A DNA stretch of 57,822 nucleotides, the filler included, from Globobulimina sp. (taxonomy: Eukaryota), in assembly GCA_003354225.1 (NCBI GenBank). It is 7 parts of 7 records of this genome, joined end to end, with 100 filler letters (N's around TTAATTAATTAA, not from the genome) between each part and the next. Parts side by side here need not be neighbours in the genome. Positions count along the whole stretch, not along the records: positions 33,295 to 41,424 come from PIVH01000094.1; positions 41,525 to 49,630 come from PIVH01000095.1; 5 more parts are not named here. The stretch is one strand, 5' to 3'. The notes beneath the pieces were generated by a model. The model worked only from the letters and a program-made list of their open reading frames with translations. It had not been told where the DNA came from and ran no database searches. Each line of letters opens with the position of its first letter. Within the stretch, counting starts at the first letter, position 1. The translations under genes were made by a program, and so were the position numbers. Below are positions 34,831 to 47,500 of the stretch, piece by piece.

Positions 34831-36309
34831 CTACTCAATGGTATTTGCAATTGTTTGATTTCCTGGATTAATATCATCAACATCCAAATCATGACCTGTA
34901 TCGCCTTCCTGTTGATTATTAAATCCATCATCTGTTCCATTCACAATCTCAACTAAATCCGCATCATCATCCACTGATAAATCACTCTTAATATCATCTA
35001 TATCTTCAAAATACGTTTCATTATCATCGTTAAATCCATTTTCTGTATCATCCACATTCTTAATTATATCATCCACATCGACATCTTGAGTTTCATTTTC
35101 ATTTCCATCCATTTCATAATCTTCATCATTTATTTCCAAATGTTTTACCATTTCAGTCATGCCATAATCTCCATTTTGTTGTTCATCAAACTCAGGAGTT
35201 TCGTTCACCATTTTAATGATGTCCTGGTCATCGTTATCCTCAACAACCATATTTATAATACCCTCCATCTCCTCATCATTATCCGTGCCATAGCCATCTC
35301 CGTATTTGTTTACAATATTAATACTGTTTTTGTTTCTGTTTATTATTCAAAATAAAAATATAAAGTGTTTTCCGTGCAAAATTTGTGTCAGAAATGCAAA
35401 AGAATCAACAAATTAATATTCATAACTGAGCATCAAAAAAGTTATTATTCTTTTCAGATTTACTATATTTTATAAACACAACGAGCAATTATCAAACCAC
35501 CGATAATCCCCGCTGTACTCATTGAGGTCATTGACGAGCTACCACCAGAATTCTGCCCTTCTCCTTCATGCATATCTTGCGTCGCATAAACCGTACTTTC
35601 CATCTCTGTTTCAGCTCTTCCTTCATCATACTTTGTTGGTGTCAGTGTTGGATATTTTGTCGGCATTTTTGATGGGTACTTTTGATGGTGATGCAGTTGG
35701 AAACGCTGTCGGAGTTACAGTGGAAAATGTAGTTGGATTTCTGCTCGGACTTTTTGATGGATTTATAGTCGGATATACAGTCGGAATCGTTGATGGATAG
35801 ATGGTCGGGGAAACTGTTGGGAAAAACGTTGGATGTATGGTTGGTTGACTTGGTTCCATGGTGGGGTTAGGAGTGACATCATGTGTATGCTGTATGGTAG
35901 GTGCTGTGGGTGCGTTGGTAGTGGGTGGATTTGTGTGCAGTGTGGGTGATAATGTAGCACCGTGACTGTTGTCGGTAGGGTTTGCAACAGTGAGTGATGT
36001 GGTTGGTGTTAATGTTGCATTGCTGTTATCTGCATCGATGGATAGCGGAGATATGGTTGGCGCATTGCTTGTTGGCGCAGATGTAATGTTTGTAGTGGCA
36101 TTTGAACGTCCATGGTCGAATTGCGTTGGAGATATGGTTGGTAGAGTAGGTGCTGCAGTGGATGTAATATTGGTTGTCGGCGGTTTGGTTGTTGGTGACT
36201 TGGTAGGTGTCGTTGGAGATAGTGTATCATTGCCCCGACCATCGTTACCGTGCACGTTGATGACAAGAGTACAGGAAATGAGAAATAATGCGCATGATTT
36301 GAGAAGCAT
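34831..36309 (-). pseudogene. Mucin-like PTxxP-repeat surface protein with acidic tail; apparently frame-disrupted
   Basis: Signal peptide plus PT repeats. An extra C near 35675 shifts the frame (PSKVP to PSKMPTKYPT). The TM is cut short at AGIIGGLIIA. The D/E-rich tail is in the 34831-35268 frame. Confidence 0.5.
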
Positions 36310-36451
36310 GGTTGGTTTCAACAGTGGGCAACGTTTTCACCTGACCGCAAAGAGTTTAGTCAAACCATGTCGTTAAACATGCTCTCGAATAACCGCAATG
36401 ACGTTGGTTTCTGAAAGAAAGGAAGATGTTTATGAAAGTAGACATATACAG

Positions 36452-36492
36452 ATTGGAATGTTCTAATTGGAATGTTCTAATTGGAATGTTCT
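36452..36492. repeat. Three tandem copies of a 14-nt unit (attggaatgttcta)
   Basis: gattggaatgttctaattggaatgttctaattggaatgttctgg. Confidence 0.9.
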
Positions 36493-36651
36493 GGTTATCT
36501 GGTATTACGTGGCTCATATAAATTATATAGAGATTGAAAGTAAAACACATAACATTTCATTCATTTGTTCGTATAACATAAAAATGAACAAATGACAAAC
36601 CAGTTAAAATTCAAAGTCAGCGCTACATATATATTAAATATCTCCACAGAT

Positions 36652-38256
36652 TCAGCTTTGCAAAAAGATCAAAGGAATTGTGGACATAGGTCGTAACGTT
36701 GACATGTTCTCTTCCAGTAAAACATAATCTGTTTCAGTTAAATTTTTTAATCTGTCAAACGATATCATCATTAAATGATACATCTCTTCAATCACCAAAT
36801 CAAAATATTCAAACAAATCGATAGTTGGAGTATCTTTATTTGCGTCAACATATTCCTCTAAACCCATATTAAAATCCTTGCTGTAGCTCTCTCGCAACAT
36901 GCCAGATATATTAATCACAAAAGAAAACTGCTTCGATGTGTCCACACAGCCGATGTACTTAAAAAAGAATTTATACATAATCACTAATATCTGTTCAGTC
37001 TTACAATCTCCTTTCAATTCATATATGATCGAGGAATCTGGGATAAATTTATTATTTTTTAAATTGCATCGGTTATAATCATATAACAGTACATCATCAT
37101 TGTCATGTTTTGGTTCTTTTCGATTCAATGAATCTGACGGCACATAAAAATATCGTAACTTATTTTTTCTTTTACATTTCTTTAATTCGTCAGTAAAATT
37201 ATCATTTATTAAATTCTTGAGTTGTACCAATTCAATAAAACAAACTAGTATTTCTATGCTGTACTCGTGGCATAAATATAAAGCAAAACACTCTAATTTG
37301 AACGCATTGTTATGACAGAATATGTTATTCAATTTCTCCGAGCGTAGTATGTCTCGTCCAAATGTTTGTTTATTTGTATCAACAAACTGCTGTGATTGCG
37401 TGTTTTTTTCTTTTCTCAATCTCCAAACTGTTGTGAGTAACATGTACATATTAACAGTAATAATACCTGTATATGTTCTGCATATTTGTCGGATAAATGT
37501 TTTATTGTCATTATGGACGTTCAGAAGCATTAATACTAAATCCGTAATGATTGCAATTATTATAAAGATCAGTATCAATGATAAACCGTATTTTAATTCA
37601 TATTGCAACAAATATCTATCGACATGTGGCGGTATTTTAGTGTATATTATAAATGCACTCATCGCAAATAACGAAACGAAGCCCTGCGAATAGGTAAAAT
37701 GATGAGTATAGGGTTCTGTTATCAGTGTAATGTGTATAATGTAGTAAATAAAAAATATTAATAACCATATTAGCAATGCACATTTTGTTATAAATGCATT
37801 ATTTCCTAAGCTTGAATAGTATTTGAACCAAAAATCTCTATTTAGTAAATTTTCGTCAATCATCATTTTCCATTTTTTGTCAAGGTTTGAATGATAATAT
37901 TCCAAATCGTAATACATTGACCAGTATCGAACAAAGGCTAAAACGGTTATTCCGCAAATGAAAAACACGCGGAAATAATTTGCGATTTCTTGCATGCAGT
38001 GATTGCAATCTGTTATTTTCTGCTGTGTGACAGTTAAAATATATAATGGATAAATTACTGAATATAATACAATGCCCAATATATTGACATATTTGACAAT
38101 ATTTGGATATCTGTGCGAGATGATTGGGTTTGCATTCTTTTTGCCTGATTTTCCATTTACACAGAATTTGTATGTAAAGTATATTTGTATCGGATTCATT
38201 ATAAATATACAGATTACAACGGGTATTACACCTATACATAAAAGCAAAGGGGACAT
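36652..38256 (-). CDS. 7TM-RGS protein
   Basis: About 7 hydrophobic helices, then RGS motifs FALYLCHEYSIEILVCFIEL, FFKYI, INIS and FDLVIEEMYHLM...SFDR. Confidence 0.8.
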   Translation of the reverse strand: MSPLLLCIGVIPVVICIFIMNPIQIYFTYKFCVNGKSGKKNANPIISHRYPNIVKYVNILGIVLYSVIYPLYILTVTQQKITDCNHCMQEIANYFRVFFICGITVLAFVRYWSMYYDLEYYHSNLDKKWKMMIDENLLNRDFWFKYYSSLGNNAFITKCALLIWLLIFFIYYIIHITLITEPYTHHFTYSQGFVSLFAMSAFIIYTKIPPHVDRYLLQYELKYGLSLILIFIIIAIITDLVLMLLNVHNDNKTFIRQICRTYTGIITVNMYMLLTTVWRLRKEKNTQSQQFVDTNKQTFGRDILRSEKLNNIFCHNNAFKLECFALYLCHEYSIEILVCFIELVQLKNLINDNFTDELKKCKRKNKLRYFYVPSDSLNRKEPKHDNDDVLLYDYNRCNLKNNKFIPDSSIIYELKGDCKTEQILVIMYKFFFKYIGCVDTSKQFSFVINISGMLRESYSKDFNMGLEEYVDANKDTPTIDLFEYFDLVIEEMYHLMMISFDRLKNLTETDYVLLEENMSTLRPMSTIPLIFLQS

Positions 38257-38318
38257 CAATAAAATAGGTTTTTCCGGGAGTAAATAGGTTTTTCTTAGTT
38301 ACAATTTTTGTTTTCACC

Positions 38319-39818
38319 ATGTCACTTTCAAAAGAACAGGTTATTTCAAGGACAAAAAAGTTATCTGCCTTTATCTCAAAGAAAAATACAACAGTTACAA
38401 TCGCTACACTATTTATGGAGCGCACAAATTGGAATACAGACGCTGCAATGAAGCAATTTTATGCGTTCAGCGGTGATGCATCACGTCTAAACCATTTGCA
38501 ATCATCACCATTTACCATTGCTAATCCAAATATAAATGCGCCTAAATTAGTAATACCACCCTCGGAAGTACAGTCACCATCATTCCATTCTGATCGAAGG
38601 CAAAAGAAAGATGAATACGAGTCATATGCCGCTGGATTAGAATATAGAGTCTCATCAAAACCATCATATTTACAGAAGTTGCTGATTGATGGTTATATTA
38701 AAGAAAATATATCATATATGATCCCAATGGATATTGTTAATTTATGTCAAACATTTTATTCTCAAGTAATTCATTGGAAAATTGATTGTGAGCCAATTAA
38801 TGCAAATAAACAGACCGCGACACAGCCAGTGGCCAATGATAAAAACACAGTCAATAATCCTCAATTTGATAGTGATGAATATCGCATTGACGGTCTCAGA
38901 ATAAAATGGCATTTTGAACCAATATTTAGTGTTTATGATGGAGTGCAAACTAATTCGTTTTTATATTTACACGCTTTGCTTCCAGCCAATGTCAATCATA
39001 TTAGTTATTATTTAAACGTATTTTGTGCAGATAACAAAGCAGAAATTAAAAAATATCAACAATTGTCGCATGGAGTTAAGACTTATTATGGTGGGCATCA
39101 TCACGGTCAGAATAAACCAGATAACACTGAATGGATCGTGGAAAAATTTAGTTTGATTGGGGCATATCCAACAAAATCAATTGAAAATGTAAAAAATATG
39201 CAGATTAATTTTTATATGGATATATTAGAAATAGTTTTCACTCAAAATACTGACGAAAACAATATGTCAGTACCAGTGTTAGCAAATTATTTTAAAACTG
39301 TATTTATGAAAAGAAAGATATCGTATAAATGGGAGTTAAATAAAGCGTTGTTACATAAGATAAAATATGCGGTGGAAGGCACAGAATTTTGGAGTGACTC
39401 ATTTGATGGAAGTAACAATAACTGGTCGTTATGTATCAAGGCAGAATATGCGCGATGGAATAATTACGGCTCTGGTAACCGCAGAAATGGTTCATTGTGG
39501 TTATATTTATTTAATTTGTCTGCAAAGATTAAACGGTTAATGATATATTGTACGGTTACAAAGAATTTTGGTGCGAGTGACATTTTGGTTGATTCACAAA
39601 GAAATTTATTTTTTGATCATTATGAAAATAAAAGTTGCAGTTTTACAGCATATCAGGACTTTGGTGTCAGTCTATTGTTGCCTCCATTTGTGCTGCAATG
39701 GTTGAAAGAAGGTTATATTGGCATTCATATTGAAATTACAGGCATGGAAGTTTGGAATTATAATCAGTCAAATTCATATATGACAAATAATTGGACGCAG
39801 TTTGGAATTATTGAATAA
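38319..39818 (+). CDS. Protein with a UBA-like N-terminus, a helical GY..IP motif and MATH-like beta domains
   Basis: ATLFMERTNWNTDAAMKQFY (UBA-like); LLIDGYIKE..IPMDIVNLCQTFY; YKWEL..FWSDSF..WSLCI (MATH-like). Confidence 0.55.
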   Translation: MSLSKEQVISRTKKLSAFISKKNTTVTIATLFMERTNWNTDAAMKQFYAFSGDASRLNHLQSSPFTIANPNINAPKLVIPPSEVQSPSFHSDRRQKKDEYESYAAGLEYRVSSKPSYLQKLLIDGYIKENISYMIPMDIVNLCQTFYSQVIHWKIDCEPINANKQTATQPVANDKNTVNNPQFDSDEYRIDGLRIKWHFEPIFSVYDGVQTNSFLYLHALLPANVNHISYYLNVFCADNKAEIKKYQQLSHGVKTYYGGHHHGQNKPDNTEWIVEKFSLIGAYPTKSIENVKNMQINFYMDILEIVFTQNTDENNMSVPVLANYFKTVFMKRKISYKWELNKALLHKIKYAVEGTEFWSDSFDGSNNNWSLCIKAEYARWNNYGSGNRRNGSLWLYLFNLSAKIKRLMIYCTVTKNFGASDILVDSQRNLFFDHYENKSCSFTAYQDFGVSLLLPPFVLQWLKEGYIGIHIEITGMEVWNYNQSNSYMTNNWTQFGIIE

Positions 39819-39930
39819 TGATTGGATTTATTTTCTTCTAATTTTCATAGTCATTGTCGTTTCTGTTTTATGATTGTGCCATCTCTTGTGTAGTATAAAG
39901 TTTTCACTCAAAAAATCAAAACATACGTAC

Positions 39931-41049
39931 ATGGCAAGTGTTTCTGCAACAATAGAAAATGCAATTTTAAAACAAAAAATACATCACTTAACTGGTTTAT
40001 GCAAACACCATAAATCCAAATATGAACAAATAAAGGCACAGTCGCAAGTGCATTTAAATCAAACAACAGATGAATATATGCTCAAAATAACAACATTAAA
40101 ACAACAGCAAGAACAGCAAAAAACAAAACTCATTTCAATGCACAATAAATTGAAACAATCACAACTACGAATATCAAAGAAAGATATCCAGCATTCACAA
40201 CAAATAAAAGCATTCCAACATGAAATGGATAGTTTTAAAAACGAATTAAAACACAAAGAACAAACTAACATCGCGCAAAAAAAACAAATCCGTTACTTAC
40301 GAACAGAATTATCACAAAAAGAAGAAAATATTGCTTCATTAACAGAACAATTAAACAGTTTATCAGAGCAATATAAACCAAACAGATCCCACTCGTTATC
40401 TCCCTCAACATTGAAAATTGTGCAATCTGTGAGTATTCCGCATATTTTACCTAATGAAGCATCGCTATATTCATCGCCCGAAATATCTGCATTGAAAGCT
40501 ACATTTTTTAATAGGAATCACGATATGTCACCGATATCATCATTGAGTTCCAGCAATTATGCGCAAGGAAAACATATCAAATATAAAACAAAGAAGTACG
40601 TATACAGAGAGAGGAAAAACGATATGAATAAATGGTCAGATGCAATAATGCAAAACTCCAAACCACCGCCAATTGATGTGTCTGTGGTGGATGTATCGGT
40701 TTGGAAGAGCCCGACTGATGATAACAATGCAAGTGATGATACGGAGAATGATGATATAATACCAAATCAATTAACTTTACAGCTGAATGATAAAAATTCA
40801 AGTTCCAATTCGAATTCTTATGGATTGCCAACAATGTCACCATTTGCACAGATGATGAAAGGGAATAATAGCATCACACCACAATCACAGCTAAGTTCTA
40901 GTGGTCACTCATTGACACAATTAATAAAAAGCGTATGTTGTCTGATTTATGCTGTATTCATATATGTATATTTATATTATATATATATACAGAGTGAAAC
41001 TCATGAAATATCAGATGATGTTTGCACTACAGAGGATGCTCAATATTGA
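39931..41049 (+). CDS. Coiled-coil protein of unknown function; probable in-frame intron near 40934-40992
   Basis: Q/K/E-rich heptads followed by an S-rich tail; GTATGT...ACAG around the hydrophobic, intron-like stretch. Confidence 0.6.
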   Translation: MASVSATIENAILKQKIHHLTGLCKHHKSKYEQIKAQSQVHLNQTTDEYMLKITTLKQQQEQQKTKLISMHNKLKQSQLRISKKDIQHSQQIKAFQHEMDSFKNELKHKEQTNIAQKKQIRYLRTELSQKEENIASLTEQLNSLSEQYKPNRSHSLSPSTLKIVQSVSIPHILPNEASLYSSPEISALKATFFNRNHDMSPISSLSSSNYAQGKHIKYKTKKYVYRERKNDMNKWSDAIMQNSKPPPIDVSVVDVSVWKSPTDDNNASDDTENDDIIPNQLTLQLNDKNSSSNSNSYGLPTMSPFAQMMKGNNSITPQSQLSSSGHSLTQLIKSVCCLIYAVFIYVYLYYIYIQSETHEISDDVCTTEDAQY

Positions 41050-41528
41050 TTGCTTTGTTTGTACAAAAAGATAACAATTATATAGGTCTTCAACATGCAA
41101 TATCAATTTGTAAGATGTACAGTATTCAAATGTGATATGTGTGAATTTTTAAAATTCTTTTTGACTGTCAGTCTTTCAATGGATTTTTATATGTTTATGT
41201 TTATCTGTTTAAATTTAATTGCTCGCACCGATAAAATCCGATAAAAAACAATGATCAACTCTTCATCTTCAAAAGTGTCAAAACACCGTTAAGTGCGCCT
41301 AAAATATGATAATCCGGATCCACACATTTGTCACGTTTTGTTTTCTCCAGAAAATATTTCCCACTCTGCCTATTACATCTCCTATGCCAAGATCCATGTT
41401 TATGATGCACTAAATGTTTCCAACNNNNNNNNNNNNNNNNNNNNNNNNNNNNNNNNNNNNNNNNNNNNTTAATTAATTAANNNNNNNNNNNNNNNNNNNN
41501 NNNNNNNNNNNNNNNNNNNNNNNNTTAA

Positions 41529-44500
41529 ATGTCGACATGGAAAACATTATCATTGACAGCGAGTGATAATTTAAATAATATCAATGCCAACAAAGCCGTC
41601 GATTCGAAAGGTGGCGCCATTTACGCTTCGTGTATTACACACAATTTATCCATTACACTCACCGACATCTCCGATGCGCGGAGTATTATCGGTGGCGCAG
41701 TCTTTTTATATGAAACGCCTTCTATTTCTATAACTGCCTCGCAATTCAGCTCCAACCAAGCAATTTTAGCTGGAAGTTGTATCGCGATTTTTACGCCGGG
41801 TGTCATCGATAGAAATATAGACATTTTCGATGTAGAATTCACTGCAAACCCAGGCGCTGCATTAGGTGCCACGATATACATTGGTTCCTATCGTGATATT
41901 ATACTATTATTTGACGGCAATGGTCGATATTTTGAGCCGCCTTTTTTGGACGTATGGGACTTTGAGGATTTCCTGGCACTCGAGATTGAGAAACGGCACA
42001 TTACCAAATCAACGGAAAACGTATTTACATTTACGAATAATAAGTATGCCGAGCAACTATTGAGTATGTCGCGCATTATTATTGACCTTAATATAGAATC
42101 GAATAATAGTTATAACACCGATGCGGTATTTAGTGGTACTCCGCAATGGAATGCTTCGGACGCGTTGTTGTATGACGCCGCGGGGGACAGTCAAGCTTGG
42201 ATTGACAGGCAGAGATCGTTTGGGAATGTGATATTTTTGCAAGATGCGTATGGCGCGGATGAGATGAATACAATTAATATGTACGAAGGCAGTGAGTATA
42301 CATTTAAATTTGATGGCGATGCGTGGACAGACGCGTTGGATAAAAGTACAAGCAAAAATATCACCTTTCGATATGATATGATTGGCTTGATTCAGAATGC
42401 ATATTATGACGATGAAGGAGTGATTAATATTGATATCGACCACTGCACATTCACGCAAAATGGCCATGATGTCCACTCTGTGATTGGTAATGTTTACATT
42501 GACGATCCCTACGGAATTGCCAGTGTGTCCTCTACGGATAATGATTTTATATTAAATTCGGCCAAGGTTGGTTCAGCATTGGTACATTTAGCGGGTTATG
42601 GTGTGAAGGACAGTAACCCCATTGATTTAAGTGCAAACAACGAAGATGTTATAACAAATTGTAATTTTATCGACAATGTCGCGACGGATACAGGCAATAT
42701 CGTTATACACAATGCAGATTTGAGCTTTGTAGACAGTCTATGCAGCAAAAATAAAGCTGGACTCGATGGCAGTTGCATTGCGACCTATTCCTCGACATTG
42801 GAGGTCGCAAATGCTGTGATTGAGACGTGTATTACGCAAGTTTCTGGCGCAATATATACAGATTTGTCCATAGTCAGAATACAAGGTACTAATTTTACAA
42901 ATAACATAGCTGATTTTGGTGATGGATCATGTATTTATTCTAAACGAATGATCCCACTCATTTTAGGCGACTGTCCATCATTTACATTCGAAGCACTGTA
43001 CGAACAATTTTCAGATACAGATACAGCAACGAATGAGTATCTATTCTCCGTTGCGGACTGTTTATTTGATAACAATACCGCCTACACTGGCTCTGGCGGC
43101 GCTATTTATGTCGGCACAGATTATGATAGAGATTTACTATCAGACAACGCAACCTGTACTGGCTTAAGACAACAGCTCAACGAAGCTGCAGCAGCAAACA
43201 CTGGGAGACGGTTATTACAATTTAATGATACAAACAGTACCATAAACGGTTCCATTATGACCACCTCCCTTCCACTTATAAGCACCACTCAATTCTTTGT
43301 ACCTACCACACCTTCGCCAACCACGGAAGGTTGCATTAATATCGATATTGTGCCCGATGCTCATTTGTCGGATATAAGCTGGACATTGACCGGCTTGGAG
43401 GTCGATGGCACGGTCACTGGGCAAACATCCGGTGTTGGACTGCCTCAATTATGTCTAAATAATACATATAATGACAGTTGTTTGGAATTTACCATTGATG
43501 ACAGTTTTGGTGATGGCTTATCGTATGGAGAGGGCACATGGCATATTTCATGGTATGGTGAAGAATGGAGCTCTGTGTCGAATGGCAACTATTACCACAG
43601 TGAAACCTTTCAATTTTGTAAATCGTCCGTGTTTCTGCAGGAAGAGTCGGCCGTTATTGACATTGTAGTGTCGATTGTGGACGATACAGACTCATTGGAT
43701 TTTGTTATTGCGTTCTTAGATGACATTACACCGATGTTTGAGGATAGAATCTCCAGTGATTTGGTGTTCTCAAACATTTTCAATGGAGACGTGAATACTG
43801 TGATTGGCATTAACTTGGAAACAATGTGTATCAGCAATGGCGAGTCGCCTATGTATTGCAGTACTGATGGCATCGAAGCAATTATCGATGCATTGGCTGT
43901 GTTATGTATTTGGAACTCGACCAACGACACTTTGCTGGAGGACTTCCAAGATTATTGGGGCGGTATTAACGGTTCTAATTTATCAGTAGTTGCAGACGAA
44001 TCTGTCTCGTTTGCCTTTTTGAAAATGAATTGCGATTCGGTGGAGTTGAGCTATGACGATATTGACAAAGAGTACACGCTGAGCTCTGGCGCAGAATTAC
44101 TCGACAAAACGTTTCAATTTTTTGACCACAATGAAGATGACATCGACGAGATCCAAGGCAGTCTCCCTCTGATCGGCAATGTGAGCATCGCAGCAACAAA
44201 CGATTGGATTTATATTTGGGACTATGAGAGTCAGGATATTTGCCAATTTTATGCAGCTAATACGCAAGTGATTGAATTAATTTGTAACACGATCGAGTTT
44301 AATGTGAATATAAAGCCTGGTATTTGCCAGTATGACTCGTGTATAGCGCAGCATTGCACTGCTGACACTGTCGTAATTGTATACAATTCCGTATCACAAG
44401 TGTTTTTTGAAGAGGATGCACAGTCAGTTGCATATAACACCGGTCCGACTTCGTATGAACTGACGGATTTAGAGTTTGTACCCATTGGCGAGTATAGTTT

Positions 44501-47500
44501 AGATACGAAATGTTTTGCAAACTATGCCCTCAATGCGAGTCTAGTGCGAAATAAGGGAGTATTACTATTTACAAATTCAACCTGTAATCATGATGCGTTC
44601 ATAGTGCAGTTACAAGAGGTCGGAGTAAGAGCTGTCATCATTGGCGAAGATATGCTCATCCCTCACACTGATGCACCGACGCCGGAACCCACTGCGCAGC
44701 CCACTGTGACTGCAGTGGATAGTTTATTCGTTTTCGTCAATGGCACATTAAGTGGAATAAACATGACCCATTTCGAGGATGTCAAGGATATATTTACCAG
44801 CGTCATGATTGAGGCTATTTCAGTACCAGTGGAGATCGTGGATTATGCCGCAAAAATACCATTAAATGATATATTGATGAATGTGCGGTTAGATGCAACG
44901 TACGAGGACGAACTATGGCGTTCGTTAAAAGGTGAATCGCGCGAAATGTATCTACAGTTATTAGAATGGTCCATGCTGTTCGAGCTTACACAACAAATCA
45001 ACGCGGCGGCCAGTTTTACATTTCTGTCTGATGAGGTCGAGTTTGTCCAAATAGCGCCAACTCCGCACCCAACTCCAACACCGACGCAACTCCCAACGCC
45101 AACGCCTACCGTCCAGACTGTCTATATCCCCGTGCGTACTTTGAAGGGTTCCTCAGGTAAAAGGTTTGCAGAAACTGCCTATTTTATGAGCATCTTAAAT
45201 TACACCAATGATGCGCAGTATGACCCGCCTGATGATGTCATACGAGAGCTACAGCCCGGCATTAATGACTTGAAAGTGTCATTTGTTTGTGATATTTCAT
45301 TGCCTACACCGCAGCCAACACCGTCTCCAACGGACAGACCCGCTGTGGCCAATGAAACGGAAACATATTTATCTGATGAAATATCCATTTATGGATACGA
45401 TTCGACCGCCATAGGGCTGGGAGGTCACCCTCATCCTAAATGGATTGTGTCTTTATCAGAGTATCTGTATAACGCATCCTGTCAGTTTATAGACTTAAAG
45501 GATGATGGCAAGGATGTAAGTGATACATCACAATGTAAGCCGCGATTAGATGACTTGTATCAGAAATGTTTAATGCAAGTTAAGCTGGACGAGGATGGTA
45601 CGATTGTGGAGAAACGCAGCGCGCAAATTGACACAATTGTGTCTCCCGTAGATACGTTATGCATTTATCAGAATATTGCAAACCACGCAGGGTTTTTAGT
45701 GCCAGAGCGTGGAAGCGATGGCTTTGATGTGGGGCTTGATTCTGATATGAAACTTGTATTGAATGACTCTGACAATTTGGTCAATGTAAGCAGGCCATGT
45801 CAGGAGAAATACAGAGACGGAGCGGGCTTAATCTCTGTCAATAATTTCGCAAAAGGTACGTATTGCTTTTTTATTGACAAAGACGAGACGGATGGAAGTA
45901 TGTATACTTTGACGATGGAACCGGTGTATAAATGGCGGAAACCATTTATGCAAATTTATAGCTCTCATTTTACGTACAACTATGCGTATAAAAATGGCGG
46001 AGCTGTGGCGCTGTCGGCAGAATCTGGATTGATTGGCGATTATTCGTCGATGGTTATATCTGAAACATCATTTGCTTACAATTACGCAGTGACTGGTATC
46101 GGCGGAGCTATATACAAAGCATCCGCGGTGGATGAGACAGTCAGCGATTTTCTATCTATTTTATTGATTGATAACATTACCGGCAATGAGTGGAACAAAG
46201 CAGGCTATGCCGGCGGCTCCGTCGGCATTGAATCTCCATATTTTACCAATATTTGGAGGACCGCTGTGTTAATAAATAACATTGATTTTTATAACAACTT
46301 AGCAGTATCTTATGGCGGTGCGTTATATGCCAATTGGAGCAATGTATACATTTTAGATTCGATTTTTAGTGATAACAAAGTGAAGCAATCCGGTGGTGCC
46401 ATATATTTAGTATCATCTGGCTTTGGTGCGTTAGACACAACGTTCAGATTCAACGCAGCCATAAATGAGTCTGCCAGCAATGTCAAATCCGATGACAAAG
46501 TGGTGCAGTACCAATATGATAATGACGGCGGAGCTATCTACAGTTCGTTTTATGATTTAACTGATCCGAATCCAGCCTGTATTGGTGTATACAGCGTCTA
46601 TTTTGAAAACAACACCGCCGGCAATGCAGGCGGCGCCATGTGGTTAGGCCTCTATGGCAACGAAGCAAACTTTGGGGCATCGTGTATTAAATTATCCAAC
46701 ATCAAGTTTGGCAATGCGAGCTATAACGGCGGCACTGCAAATAAAGCATACGACGGCGGCCGGTCCGTCTTTCTAAACGTGTCTGAAGGGCGCCATGCTA
46801 TATTATTCAGCGAAACGTCCATAACAAAATTATGTTTCACGCAATCAAACATCTGCAAACAGTTCGAATCCACCGTGTTCCATATGTGTGTGCAGGAATA
46901 TGAGGTGGCTGCGGGTGTATGCAACCTCAATATCAGCCGGGAAATCGGCAATTTGGCAGTGGATTGGGTCGACTCCATCAACCATTTATCATTGGCCACC
47001 ACGAAGATCGAAATGTTCCCAGGCGACAGTAAAATGTTCCAGGTCTTCGGCTGGGACGTATATGGCAACCAATTATATCCAAATGAATGGTCCATTGATG
47101 TTTCCGCGCTGAGCGACGACATCGATTTGACGGAAACCATCCAATCGCCAGTCTTCGATTCGTGGCTGTTTCCACTGTTCACCAAAGCATCCAAATTAGG
47201 CACCAATAGTTCCGGGAAAATATTCGATTTGAATGGAGTGGCACTGGATTTAATCATCAATATAGAAATTGTGGATTGTTCTGACGGCTATGAGTACCGC
47301 GCTTTATCCACATTGATCTATACGTGCACGCCGTGCTCAGCAGGCACGTATATCATGAATAGCCTTCCTTGCGTCAAATGCGATTTAGGTTTGGAGTGTC
47401 TGGGTACCAATCACGTCAAAATTGCGCAATATTGGTATGGCAAGCCGCAGACCGATGGACGCATGGCGTTGCAGCTATGCCCGCCCGGTGTATGCTGCTC

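Noticed and set aside
36452-36492. GAAnnTTC repeats as a heat-shock element or CRISPR-like array
   Set aside because: The 14-nt period does not give contiguous alternating nGAAn units, and there are no spacers.
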